This document shows, piece by piece, positions 1 to 9,302 of a stretch of DNA of 64,000 bases (position 1 is its first letter; each line of letters opens with the position of its first letter). The stretch is taken from IMG/VR virus record IMGVR_UViG_3300009082_000959; one strand, 5' to 3'. Source of the DNA: a virus (Duplodnaviria; Caudoviricetes). The notes under the pieces were generated by a model. It was not told where the DNA came from. It did not search any database and was given only the letters and a program-made list of their open reading frames with translations. A program made the translations under genes and the position numbers.

Positions 1-226
1 TGTTTCTTCTAATAAACTTAAAAATAAACATATAATTTGGTCGCGTTATGGACTTTATAATAATCCACGCAAGCATTGGGAATAAATATGAGTTCAAACA
101 TTTATAGACTATACATTAATATTTTTAAATACGGCGGTCGAATACTAAATCAATTTACAGAACATAATGGAGATATAGTAATAAACTTATCAAATAGTTG
201 GTTTTGTTCTGTTTTAAGGAGTAAGA

Positions 227-1390
227 ATGATTTACCTGGATAATCAATCATCTACTAAAATAGATAAGCGTGTTTTAAAAGCAATGGAACCCTATCTAAC
301 AGAACATTTTGCAAACCCAGCAGCAGCCCATTTTGCGGCAGAGGAACCACGGCAAGCAATCGAAATGGCTCGCAATAATGTATCTTACTTGATTAAGGCA
401 AAACCAGAAAATTTATATTTTACTAATTCAGCAACAGAATCGAATAATATAGTTTTACAGGGTCGTTTAGCGAATCATAGGAAAAATAGCAATAATGCCG
501 CAATCATTATTACATCAAACATAGAACATTCTTCTGTTTCAAAAACGCTTCAAAATATGTGGTCGAAAGATAATCTTTTTTTCAATCAAACTTTAAAGAT
601 AAATAGCAACGGTGAAATTGATTTAGACAAACTCAATCATACAATTAAAAATTATTTCAGCAATCGTGTTATTCTGGTTTCTATCATAGCGGCGAGCAAC
701 GAAATAGGTGTAATAAATAATCTGTCCGACATAGGTGCGATTTGCAAGCGTCACAATGTTTTATTTCACACAGACGCAACACAGGCAATTGGAAAAGTTG
801 ATATTGATGTCAATGCCATGAATATATTTGCTTTGACTTTCAACGCTCACAAAATTAATGGGCCAAAGGGAGTTGGTGCTTTGTTTGTTAGAAATCCTAA
901 TTTAGTTGAGCCACTAATACACGGAGGATATCAGAACACTTTTTCATCAGGGACACAAAATGTTCCGGCAATAGTTGGGTTTGGAGAAGCATGTGATATA
1001 CTACGAAAAGAAGGGAAAAAAGAAAATGAAAGAATTAGTTATAGACGTGATTTGTTATGGAGAAATTTATCTTCCAGCATTCCTGATATTTTTATCAACG
1101 GCACAATGAAAAATCGTTTGCCAAACAACCTAAACATTACTATAAAAGGAGTTAAGGCAGAAATTTTGGTCAAGGGAATGAGTGATGTTGCGGTTTCCGG
1201 AGGTTCTGCGTGTAATTCTGGAAATCTGGAACCCTCGCTGGTAATATTGGCGCTCGGAACACCCTATCCTGATTGTGCTATAAGAATTAGTCTTGGAAGA
1301 TTCACCACAATGGCCGATTGTGAATATGCGGCAAAAAAGATTAAAGACATAGTAGAAAGTGTTAGGTGCAACAATGAAACCAAAATATAA
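227..1390 (+). CDS. iscS: Cysteine desulfurase (IscS/NifS/DndA group, PLP-dependent)
   Basis: IYLDN start, NSATESNN, IEHSSV, HTDATQAIGK, PLP-lysine motif AHKINGPKGVG, catalytic Cys loop GGSACNSG. Confidence 0.92.
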   Translation: MIYLDNQSSTKIDKRVLKAMEPYLTEHFANPAAAHFAAEEPRQAIEMARNNVSYLIKAKPENLYFTNSATESNNIVLQGRLANHRKNSNNAAIIITSNIEHSSVSKTLQNMWSKDNLFFNQTLKINSNGEIDLDKLNHTIKNYFSNRVILVSIIAASNEIGVINNLSDIGAICKRHNVLFHTDATQAIGKVDIDVNAMNIFALTFNAHKINGPKGVGALFVRNPNLVEPLIHGGYQNTFSSGTQNVPAIVGFGEACDILRKEGKKENERISYRRDLLWRNLSSSIPDIFINGTMKNRLPNNLNITIKGVKAEILVKGMSDVAVSGGSACNSGNLEPSLVILALGTPYPDCAIRISLGRFTTMADCEYAAKKIKDIVESVRCNNETKI

Positions 1391-1868
1391 AGTTGGAGAA
1401 ATAGTATTTGACAAAAACGGAGAGCAAGTAAAAGTAATTAAATTTAATCGCAATGAATATATCGTTGAGCCAATCAATAAGCGTTCAGAAAAAGAATCAG
1501 AGCTATTTGCTTCAAAATTAGAATCAGAAAATTATAGTAAAGTAAAAGATTTATTAATAGATAAAGAAAAAAAGTTAGATAAAATTAAATATAATAAGAT
1601 GGAAATAAATAAGTGTAAGAAATTAATAGAAAAATTTAATCGTAAATTAGAAACCGCGCAAAATAAAATATTAACATTAAAGTCTTTTCCAGATAGATTG
1701 ATAAACAGTATTTATAATTTAAGAGATGAAATATACGACAAAAAATCATATATTATAAATTGTAAAACTAATAGTCGCTACCTAAAAGAAAATATAAAAG
1801 ACATTGATAGAGATATAGAAGAACTTAAAAAAGAGCATTTAATTATTCAGTTGGCAGGTATTCAATGA
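1374..1868 (+). CDS. Hypothetical coiled-coil protein, tandem paralog of 1865-2380
   Basis: ATG at 1374 preferred over GTG 1359; N-terminus MKPKYKVGEIVFD and C-terminus ELKKEHLIIQLAG match the next ORF. Confidence 0.75.
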   Translation: MKPKYKVGEIVFDKNGEQVKVIKFNRNEYIVEPINKRSEKESELFASKLESENYSKVKDLLIDKEKKLDKIKYNKMEINKCKKLIEKFNRKLETAQNKILTLKSFPDRLINSIYNLRDEIYDKKSYIINCKTNSRYLKENIKDIDRDIEELKKEHLIIQLAGIQ

Positions 1869-2380
1869 AACCAAAATATAATGTTGGGGATATAGTGCTT
1901 GATAGGCACCAACACGCATTAAAAATAATTGATATACAAAAAACTAATGGAAGAATAAAATATTTTCTAAATTTTGCCGAGCCCATAGAAGCAGATGGTG
2001 AGAGTTTGTTTAAAACAAGAGATGATGTTATACGATTTAATAATATGGAATTTTTATTGGAAAGAAATTACGAAACAAAACGAACTATTAAGTATTACAA
2101 AAAACAAAAAAATAAGAACCAATCGATGCTGAAAAAGAATAAGGAAAAACTTCGTTGCATGAAAATAGAGTTGAAAAATAGAAAACGGCAGAATCTTGCA
2201 ATTTATGGGATATCTAAAAATATTGATAAGTTAGAGCAAACAATTCAACAAAGAATACGCAAAATTAGTGCAATTAATAGGATATTTAAAGATTGTGATG
2301 CCGAACAAAAAGAAATTAATGATAGTATTAAAGAACTTGAAAAAGAATACTTAATACTTTATTTAGCCGGAGTAAATTAG
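1865..2380 (+). CDS. Hypothetical coiled-coil protein, tandem paralog of 1374-1868
   Basis: MKPKYNVGDIVLD ... ELEKEYLILYLAG; ATGA overlap with the previous gene. Confidence 0.75.
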   Translation: MKPKYNVGDIVLDRHQHALKIIDIQKTNGRIKYFLNFAEPIEADGESLFKTRDDVIRFNNMEFLLERNYETKRTIKYYKKQKNKNQSMLKKNKEKLRCMKIELKNRKRQNLAIYGISKNIDKLEQTIQQRIRKISAINRIFKDCDAEQKEINDSIKELEKEYLILYLAGVN

Positions 2381-2382
2381 AA

Positions 2383-2703
2383 ATGAACAGAAAACGAAAA
2401 ACATTGGAGAAACTCGCCAAGGATGTTGGCGTAGCAACCGCAAAGAGTTATTTTGAGATGTTTTATGACGAAAAAAATCGTGGCGAATATTTTCGTTGGG
2501 AATACTTACCAAATTTAGCATATAGAATGGCAATTGCACAAATGGGAACAAGTTGCTCTGAAAGAGAATATGAAAGACTTGGAAAACATTTAGTAATAAT
2601 TGCTGGTGACTCTGCATTTGAAGAAGCAAAAGGGTTAATTGAGCAAAAGTTTCCAGGAACAATAATAGTAGAAAAAGAGGAGAACTATGAAGAAAAATAT
2701 TGA
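2383..2703 (+). CDS. Hypothetical protein
   Basis: Tightly packed ORF in the operon; no recognised motif. Confidence 0.7.
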   Translation: MNRKRKTLEKLAKDVGVATAKSYFEMFYDEKNRGEYFRWEYLPNLAYRMAIAQMGTSCSEREYERLGKHLVIIAGDSAFEEAKGLIEQKFPGTIIVEKEENYEEKY

Positions 2704-2792
2704 TACAAAGAATCGTATAGTTGATTATTGGGATATTAGCACTCTAACTGTTTTATAATTTAAGTAATTATTAAAATTAGGTTATAATATAG

Positions 2793-3743
2793 ATGAAAAT
2801 TTGCACCAAATGTAAAGTTGTGAAAAATGAAAATGAATTTAGCAAAGATAAAAGAAATAAAGATGGACTACATTATAATTGCAGAGATTGCAATAGTGAA
2901 AGAAATAAACAATACTATGAAAAGAATAAGGGAAAAGTTATTAAACATGCAAAAAATTATTATGAAAATAATAAAGAAAAAATTGCCATAGCAAAAAATA
3001 AATATTACCTGAACAATAAGGAAAAATTTATAGAGTATCAAAAACAGTATCGGGAAAATAATGTAGAAAAGATATACACATATCAAAAAGAATATCGCGC
3101 AAAAAATAATGAGAAGGTAGTAAAATATTCCAAAGAATATTGTGCGGCAAATAAATATAAAATAGCAGAATATCAAAAAGAATACTATGTAAAAAATAAA
3201 GATACAGTAGAAAAATATCAAAAAGAATACTATGTAAAAAATAAAGATACAATTTTGATTAACATAAGACAATATTATAAAAACAATAAAGAAAAAATTT
3301 CGGGCAAGGCGAAACAATATCGTAAGAATAATCAAGAAAAGATTGCGATAATGAGAAAACACTATCGATCAAAGAATGTTGCGAAAATATCGGAAAGCTA
3401 CAGAAAAAGATTGAAAACCGATATTAATTATAAATTGTCTTGTAATCTTAGGTGCCGTTTAAATAGGGCAATTAAAAATAATCAAAAGGCTGGTTCTGCC
3501 GTTAAAGATTTGGGCTGTTCAATACCAGAATTGAAAATTTGGATAGAACAACAGTTTAAACCCGGAATGACTTGGGAAAATTACGGTGAGTGGCACATTG
3601 ATCATATAATACCTCTTTCAAAATTTGATTTAACGGATAGAAAGCAATTTTTGAAAGCTTGCCATTAGTTTAATTTACAGCCACTTTGGGCCAAAGACAA
3701 TTTAAAGAAATCTAATAAATATAAAAAAGGAGATAATTTATGA
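2793..3743 (+). pseudogene. HNH homing endonuclease (N-terminal CxxC zinc finger, 15-aa repeats) interrupted by in-frame TAG at 3666-3668
   Basis: WHIDHIIP then ACH*FNLQPLWAKDNLKKSNK; three paralogs read ACHY/ACNW straight into NLQPLW; the read-through frame ends at TGA 3741-3743, overlapping the next ATG. Confidence 0.85.
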
Positions 3744-3988
3744 AGAAAAATATTGATATTGCAAATAGAGTTGTTGAATATAGTAATGTAGAATCTACTT
3801 GTGCCATTGAAGATGAGGTGGTTGGTTATTTAAAACGCCAAATGAAGGTTGTATTTAGAGATGCGTTATTCAACAACAGAAAATTCGTGTTTATTAGAGG
3901 GCCAGGAGACCAGAGCAGTAATTCGATTATGGTAAGTTCTTATAGGCGTAAAAATCCTGGTGAAAAGGTATCTATCTCATTTCAATGA
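3740..3988 (+). CDS. Hypothetical protein
   Basis: AAGGAG upstream of ATG; coupled to the next ORF. Confidence 0.7.
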   Translation: MKKNIDIANRVVEYSNVESTCAIEDEVVGYLKRQMKVVFRDALFNNRKFVFIRGPGDQSSNSIMVSSYRRKNPGEKVSISFQ

Positions 3989-4185
3989 ATAAAGAATACA
4001 ATAATGTCAGCATAAATAATATAAAGCTTATTTATGTAAGTGTTTTTAAGCATCATCACAAAATTGCTGGGTTTGACTGGTCGGATTTGGATACAGATGT
4101 TTTATATATATCACTTACGGCACCAGATTATCTTGACATTAAATTTAGAACTGTTGATGTTCCCATTTGGATAACAAATAAATAG
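3985..4185 (+). CDS. Hypothetical protein
   Basis: ATGA overlap with the previous gene; short. Confidence 0.55.
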   Translation: MNKEYNNVSINNIKLIYVSVFKHHHKIAGFDWSDLDTDVLYISLTAPDYLDIKFRTVDVPIWITNK

Positions 4186-4215
4186 AGGCACCTCTCTAAA
4201 TACAAAGGAGTAAAA

Positions 4216-4812
4216 ATGATTAGTCAAATGAATATGAGCGAATTGTTTCGTAGAATAATAATTTCCGGTTCAATTAGAGAAGATACTGCCTCTCAATTTT
4301 TGGAGCAAATTACTGCTCTTGAATGTATGGATGTAACTAAACCAATTAGTGTTTATATAGATACTTATGGCGGCAGTTTGGATGCTGCAATTACAATATA
4401 TGATGCTATGAAGTCGTGTTGTTGCCCCATTAACACAATTGGAATAGGCAAAGTAATGTCGGCTGGGGTTTTGTTGTTGGCCGCAGGAGATAAAGGAAGC
4501 AGATTTATAACCGACAATACAAGGGTAATGATACACGAAGTTTCCGCCGGCGCAATTGGATCTGTAAGCGAAATGGAAGCATCATTGGAAGAAATAAGAC
4601 ATCAGCAAGAAAAATATATAGAGTTGCTATCAAAAAATTGTGGTGCAAAGAAAGATGAATTATTGGAGGACATGCAGTGTGAAACATTTATGTCAGCAGC
4701 AGAAGCAGTCAAATATGGGATTGCAGACAGAATCGTTCCAATCAGACAACACACCCAAAAAACATACCCAAAACAAAAGAAGAAAGTATCAGCCAAGAAA
4801 ACAAAGAAGTAA
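4216..4812 (+). CDS. clpP: ClpP-family serine protease (S14)
   Basis: YIDTYGGS, IYDAM, catalytic Ser motif VMSAGVLLLAAG, RVMIHE, FMSAAEAVKYGIAD. Confidence 0.92.
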   Translation: MISQMNMSELFRRIIISGSIREDTASQFLEQITALECMDVTKPISVYIDTYGGSLDAAITIYDAMKSCCCPINTIGIGKVMSAGVLLLAAGDKGSRFITDNTRVMIHEVSAGAIGSVSEMEASLEEIRHQQEKYIELLSKNCGAKKDELLEDMQCETFMSAAEAVKYGIADRIVPIRQHTQKTYPKQKKKVSAKKTKK

Positions 4813-4827
4813 GATGGAGATATAATT

Positions 4828-5664
4828 ATGAAAGTCAAGGAATTCTTTAAGCAAGCAAGATTATACGTAAATGTTCATCCATTTCATATTGTAATGACTG
4901 TTGCAATGATTACAATGTTTGTTATGCATATTTCTCACTATATGATGACTGGCACCATGTATAATTGGGTTGCTAAAAATAGCAATGATATAGCAACAAG
5001 TAATATCAAAAATATGCTTAATCGCAATTCAGATAGAAAAGAATTCCTTGACGTGGTGGAGTTAAAAGGAAGCGAATGTGCTAAAAATTTGGCAGCAGTT
5101 AAAGAAGAAACTAATTCAAAGATTGATATTCTCAATAGCTCCATAGACCCAGAAAACAAAAAGAGAAAGTTAATAGAAAAGGTGAGGATAGCAATATCAG
5201 AAAACACTAATACTAAATTAGAAATAAGAGAGTTAAATAATATATCGATAGCAGTTGTTGATTATAGCTATCATTATAATTTGTCAATAGCAAAAGTTTT
5301 AGCACAAATAAGACAAGAAAGCAATTTTGTAATCACAGCACGTTCCCCGGCTAATGCGCAAGGATTAATGCAAGTTATACCAGAAACATGGGAATATGTT
5401 TCCTTGAAAGAATTTGAACGGAAAAATGCAAGCCCGGACAATGTTTATCATAATATAAAAGCAGGATGTTTTTATATGTCGGAACAACTTTTTAAATTCA
5501 ATAATTTTGACGATGCCTTGCGGGCATATAATTGGGGTCCTGATAAAGTCAGGAAATTGCGTGCAGGAGAAATTGATGAAAAACATATTCCGCAAGAAAC
5601 CATTGAGTATGTTGTTAGCATAAATAAATGGATTAAAGTTTTTGAAAGATATGGTTTGGAGTAA
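4828..5664 (+). CDS. Lytic transglycosylase (SLT domain) with N-terminal hydrophobic anchor
   Basis: QESNF catalytic Glu, AQGLMQVIP, AYNWGP; hydrophobic stretch FHIVMTVAMITMFVM. Confidence 0.88.
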   Translation: MKVKEFFKQARLYVNVHPFHIVMTVAMITMFVMHISHYMMTGTMYNWVAKNSNDIATSNIKNMLNRNSDRKEFLDVVELKGSECAKNLAAVKEETNSKIDILNSSIDPENKKRKLIEKVRIAISENTNTKLEIRELNNISIAVVDYSYHYNLSIAKVLAQIRQESNFVITARSPANAQGLMQVIPETWEYVSLKEFERKNASPDNVYHNIKAGCFYMSEQLFKFNNFDDALRAYNWGPDKVRKLRAGEIDEKHIPQETIEYVVSINKWIKVFERYGLE

Positions 5665-6257
5665 TGAACAAATTAGAAATTTGGGAAAATATTGCAAAAG
5701 AAGTTCAGTGTTGTGAAAAATGCGATTTAGGGTGTCAAAAAGAATTGGACGGGCACGATGTTCATGTTATGGGTCAGGGAAATTTAGACGCTGACGTAAT
5801 GTTTATTGCAGAGGCTGCCGGTCTTCAAGAGACCATACATAAACGCCCGCTTACGCCGCCAGGAACATCTGGTAAAATTTTTGAAAAGTTATTGGCTAAT
5901 TTGGGTCTAAACAGAGAGCAAGTATATACAACCAATGTTTGTTTGTGCAGGCCAGAAAAAAATAGAGACCCGGAGCCTTGGGAAATTTTAAAATGCAAAC
6001 CATTTTTAAAGAGACAATTAGAATTAGTTGGCCCAAAAATCATTGTCACATTTGGAAGATTTGCTGCTCAAATATTTTTAAATGATGTAAAAATAACGAG
6101 AGACCATGGGCAATTAAAAAAGTCCAGTAATTTTGATTTTAATGTTTTCCCATTATATCATCCGGCATACATAGGGGCTTATGCTCCGGAAGAAAAAAGA
6201 GTAGAATTTAAAAACGATGTAATTACTTTGAAAAAAATATTAGAGAACACGAGGTAA
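5664..6257 (+). CDS. Uracil-DNA glycosylase family 4 ([4Fe-4S] type)
   Basis: CCEKCDL, VMFIAEAAG, TNVCLCRPEKNRDP, CKPFL, YHPAY. Confidence 0.9.
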   Translation: MNKLEIWENIAKEVQCCEKCDLGCQKELDGHDVHVMGQGNLDADVMFIAEAAGLQETIHKRPLTPPGTSGKIFEKLLANLGLNREQVYTTNVCLCRPEKNRDPEPWEILKCKPFLKRQLELVGPKIIVTFGRFAAQIFLNDVKITRDHGQLKKSSNFDFNVFPLYHPAYIGAYAPEEKRVEFKNDVITLKKILENTR

Positions 6258-6259
6258 GT

Positions 6260-6763
6260 ATGTTAGGTCCGCGTAAAGATTTTTTGTGCTGGGACGATAC
6301 CTGGATGTCCATAGCGCAGGTAATGGCCATGAGAAGCAAAGACCCATCAACGCAGGTTGCCGCCGTTGTTGTTAGTCAATCAAATAGAATGGTTGGAATA
6401 GGTTATAATGGCTTTCCATCTGGGTGCAATAGCAATGCTCTTCCGTGGGATAAGGTAGGAGACCCGCTTAATACGAAATATCTATATGTTTCTCATGCAG
6501 AGGCAAATGCTCTTGACAAAAGCATACAAGATACAAATGGTTGTAAATTATACACAACTCTTTATCCGTGTAATCAATGCGCCATAAGGATAATCCAACG
6601 TGGAATCACAGAAGTAATTTATTTGTCAGACAAGTATCATGACACAGATGAGGCGCAGGCGGCAAGAAAGATGTTTGATTTAGCAAATATTAAGACAAGA
6701 AAATTTGAACCAAAGATAGATAGTTTTGTAATCAATTTAAAAGACCCAGTAAGGTCCGGCTAA
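6260..6763 (+). CDS. dCMP deaminase
   Basis: RSKDPSTQV, GYNGFP, HAEANA, PCNQCA zinc motifs. Confidence 0.93.
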   Translation: MLGPRKDFLCWDDTWMSIAQVMAMRSKDPSTQVAAVVVSQSNRMVGIGYNGFPSGCNSNALPWDKVGDPLNTKYLYVSHAEANALDKSIQDTNGCKLYTTLYPCNQCAIRIIQRGITEVIYLSDKYHDTDEAQAARKMFDLANIKTRKFEPKIDSFVINLKDPVRSG

Positions 6764-7074
6764 TGAAGGCAATTATAACGCTTGGGTGCGAGGGATATCA
6801 AGACCAGGGATTTATTTTTTGCCCAAAAGTAGAGAACAAACTCATTGACTTGGAAAAAATTGTTGGGTCTAAAAATTATTTTCAAGTCATTCAATATTTG
6901 GATTCGGTAGCAAAAATATTTGACGGGCCTTGTAATAATCTTAATATAATAACAAACGTAATGTATAAATTATATACACTTGAATATCTCACAGAAAAAC
7001 AATATTATGATTTAGCATATTTTTATAATATGCACAGAAAGTGTGGATTAATATTAGAATCAAAACTTAAATAA
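6763..7074 (+). CDS. Hypothetical protein
   Basis: TAATG coupling; no motif. Confidence 0.7.
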   Translation: MKAIITLGCEGYQDQGFIFCPKVENKLIDLEKIVGSKNYFQVIQYLDSVAKIFDGPCNNLNIITNVMYKLYTLEYLTEKQYYDLAYFYNMHRKCGLILESKLK

Positions 7075-7083
7075 AGGAGCAAA

Positions 7084-7455
7084 ATGGCAAAACCAGACAA
7101 CGCACAGATTCAACCACCACAAGCATCTTTTGATGTTCAGCAAGACTATGAAAGAAGAAAGAAAGAATTAGAAAGATCGTTTAAAGAGTTTCACAGGTTA
7201 GTTGGTAAAAAAGTATTAGACACAAATAAGTCACCGGAAGTTAAAAAAGCAGAACTCGCAGTAGTAAATGATTTAGTTAAAGCAGCACAATCACTTGATA
7301 ATGTGAATGTTGGAGAAGGTATTTTGGCTCTGGCATCAATAGCAATTAGAGAACAATTAATTGTTAGAGATAGAGTAAATCAGCTCGAATACGAATTATG
7401 TAAAGCCTTAAAAGATATTTCTGATTTAAAGGCAGCCAATGTCAAACCGAAGTAA
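7084..7455 (+). CDS. Hypothetical helical protein
   Basis: AAGGAG upstream of ATG. Confidence 0.75.
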   Translation: MAKPDNAQIQPPQASFDVQQDYERRKKELERSFKEFHRLVGKKVLDTNKSPEVKKAELAVVNDLVKAAQSLDNVNVGEGILALASIAIREQLIVRDRVNQLEYELCKALKDISDLKAANVKPK

Positions 7456-7657
7456 AGAATTAGAAGAAATAAGATTATATATAGAGACACTTGATACGGA
7501 GGAGCAAAATGCTCACTCCCATTTATTAAATACTCTCCAAAACACAATAGGTAGAACTTTTGAATTTGAAAATGTTGCAAAAGTTTTGAGAGAAGTATTG
7601 AATGCCAAATTAGGCATACTTGAAAAAATACGAAAGAAAATTCAAACATATGGGTAA
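7439..7657 (+). CDS. Hypothetical protein
   Basis: Overlaps both neighbours by a few codons. Confidence 0.6.
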   Translation: MSNRSKELEEIRLYIETLDTEEQNAHSHLLNTLQNTIGRTFEFENVAKVLREVLNAKLGILEKIRKKIQTYG

Positions 7658-8699
7658 TCAAGCCGAAGAAATGGCAGAGATTTTGTTGCAATTAAAAATA
7701 AATGCAGACATAATAAGTATAGATAACAGTGGAACTCTAACAAAATATTATCTTAAATTAAATCCAGGGGCCAAAGTATCTAAAATAGAAAATTGTTCTA
7801 CGGAGATAGCGCTTGGTATAAAATCTTATAGTAAGCCAATAATAAAAGTGGTATTAGAGCAGGGACTGGTTGTTCTTGAAGTATTGTCCAAACCAATAAA
7901 TTTTGTTGGCTTTTCAGAGTTGGCATGTGATATTTTGGCAGATAATAATTTGCCAATCCTATTAGGCAGGACACACGACGGAAAAGACCTAACAATTGAT
8001 TTAACAAAAATGCCACACTTGCTTGTGGCAGGAACAACCGGTTCTGGTAAATCTGTGCTGCTTCACTCAATGATAGCAAGCATTTTAACATTTAGTAATG
8101 CTAATTTAGTTTTGATAGACCCCAAGAAAGTAGAGTTTTCACATTACGCAAATATTAAAGAGTTGTTGTTTCCAATTATAACCGAAACCGAAGAAGCAGG
8201 AAAAGTTTTGTCCGACTTAATCAGCGAAATGGAAAACCGCTTTAAGTTTATGTCCAAGCATAGGATGAACAATATATCTATGGCAAAGGGTCAATTTAAG
8301 TATATTGTCCTCGTGATAGATGAATTTTCTGACCTGAACCAAACATCTAAAAAAGAGTTTCAGAATGACCTTTGTCGTTTAGCGCAAAAATCAAGAGCGT
8401 GCGGAATTCATATAATCATGGCAACACAAAGGCCATCCGTCGATGTGGTGACTGGTCTAATAAAAGCCAACTTTCCAACAAGAATAAGTTGTCGTGTCCC
8501 AACTTTGGTGGATAGTAGGGTTATATTGGGTTGCTCTGGCGCAGAAAAATTACTTGGAAACGGAGACTCACTAATCAATGTTGGAAGTGATTTAATAAGA
8601 TTTCAGGGTGCGTTCTTGTCTCAATCTGATATAATACAATTATCAAAAGCACATGAGATGAGCTGGCACTCGAAAATTTTTAATATGATTGGAATTTAA
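7650..8699 (+). CDS. ftsK: FtsK/SpoIIIE motor-domain protein (no TM or gamma domain)
   Basis: MPHLLVAGTTGSGKS, IDPKKVEF, VIDEFSDL, GIHIIMATQRPSVDVVTGLIKANFPTRI, GAEKLLGNGD; ATG 7650 preferred over 7620. Confidence 0.9.
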   Translation: MGNQAEEMAEILLQLKINADIISIDNSGTLTKYYLKLNPGAKVSKIENCSTEIALGIKSYSKPIIKVVLEQGLVVLEVLSKPINFVGFSELACDILADNNLPILLGRTHDGKDLTIDLTKMPHLLVAGTTGSGKSVLLHSMIASILTFSNANLVLIDPKKVEFSHYANIKELLFPIITETEEAGKVLSDLISEMENRFKFMSKHRMNNISMAKGQFKYIVLVIDEFSDLNQTSKKEFQNDLCRLAQKSRACGIHIIMATQRPSVDVVTGLIKANFPTRISCRVPTLVDSRVILGCSGAEKLLGNGDSLINVGSDLIRFQGAFLSQSDIIQLSKAHEMSWHSKIFNMIGI

Positions 8700-9302
8700 A
8701 TGTCGTGGATAGATAAAGATGATCCAGTTGTTGAATATGATAATTTTATAGATATCATTGTAGAAAAAGTTCCAATTTTACAAGTTTTGGATAAATTTGG
8801 AATTGAATATTCGGAGTGCAAGAGTGGAAATTTTACACATAGGGCGAAATGTCCTCTACCACTTCACAGCAATGGTTGCGAAAGAACTGCGTCTTTTTAT
8901 ATTTCTGATATAAATAATAGTTTTTGTTGTTTTGGCTGCAATTCAAACTCTAATTCAATAGGGTTCGTGGAATTATATACTGGAAAACCATACAATGTTG
9001 CTGCAAGATGGTTGGCAGAACAGTTTGGTGTGTGCGGAGATGGAAATGAAGATATTACCATTAAACGAAGGTCACCGGAAGAAATTCCAATCACCCATAT
9101 ACATAAATCTGGCGTTGTTATAAGAGATTTTCTTACGACAATGAAAGACACAGAAGACTATAATAAATGGTGTAAGTGGGCTGATAAAAGATTCGATACA
9201 CTTGATAAATACATAGATACACTAAAAGATGACGAGTGGGAGACAGCCAAAAAATATTACGATAAGGTTGTTTCATTTTTAAACAAAGGTGGTAGTAAAT
9301 GA
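8700..9302 (+). CDS. CHC2 zinc-finger protein (DnaG primase zinc-binding domain, stand-alone)
   Basis: CPLPLH...ERTASF...CFGC; helical C-terminus; no TOPRIM motifs. Confidence 0.8.
   Translation: MSWIDKDDPVVEYDNFIDIIVEKVPILQVLDKFGIEYSECKSGNFTHRAKCPLPLHSNGCERTASFYISDINNSFCCFGCNSNSNSIGFVELYTGKPYNVAARWLAEQFGVCGDGNEDITIKRRSPEEIPITHIHKSGVVIRDFLTTMKDTEDYNKWCKWADKRFDTLDKYIDTLKDDEWETAKKYYDKVVSFLNKGGSK

Noticed and set aside
227-1390. A dnd/ssp phosphorothioation cluster
   Set aside because: No dndB-E or ssp genes follow the desulfurase in this window.
3666-3668. TAG recoding (genetic code 15)
   Set aside because: TAG ends several genes right before the next start (2380, 14165, 15826, 47180, 52459), no conserved gene is fragmented, and paralogs have Trp or Tyr rather than Gln at this site.
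4216-4812. ClpP as the protease that processes the LSKRA sites
   Set aside because: It lies in the replication block far from head genes, and nothing in the sequence links it to this specificity; not excluded, but unsupported.
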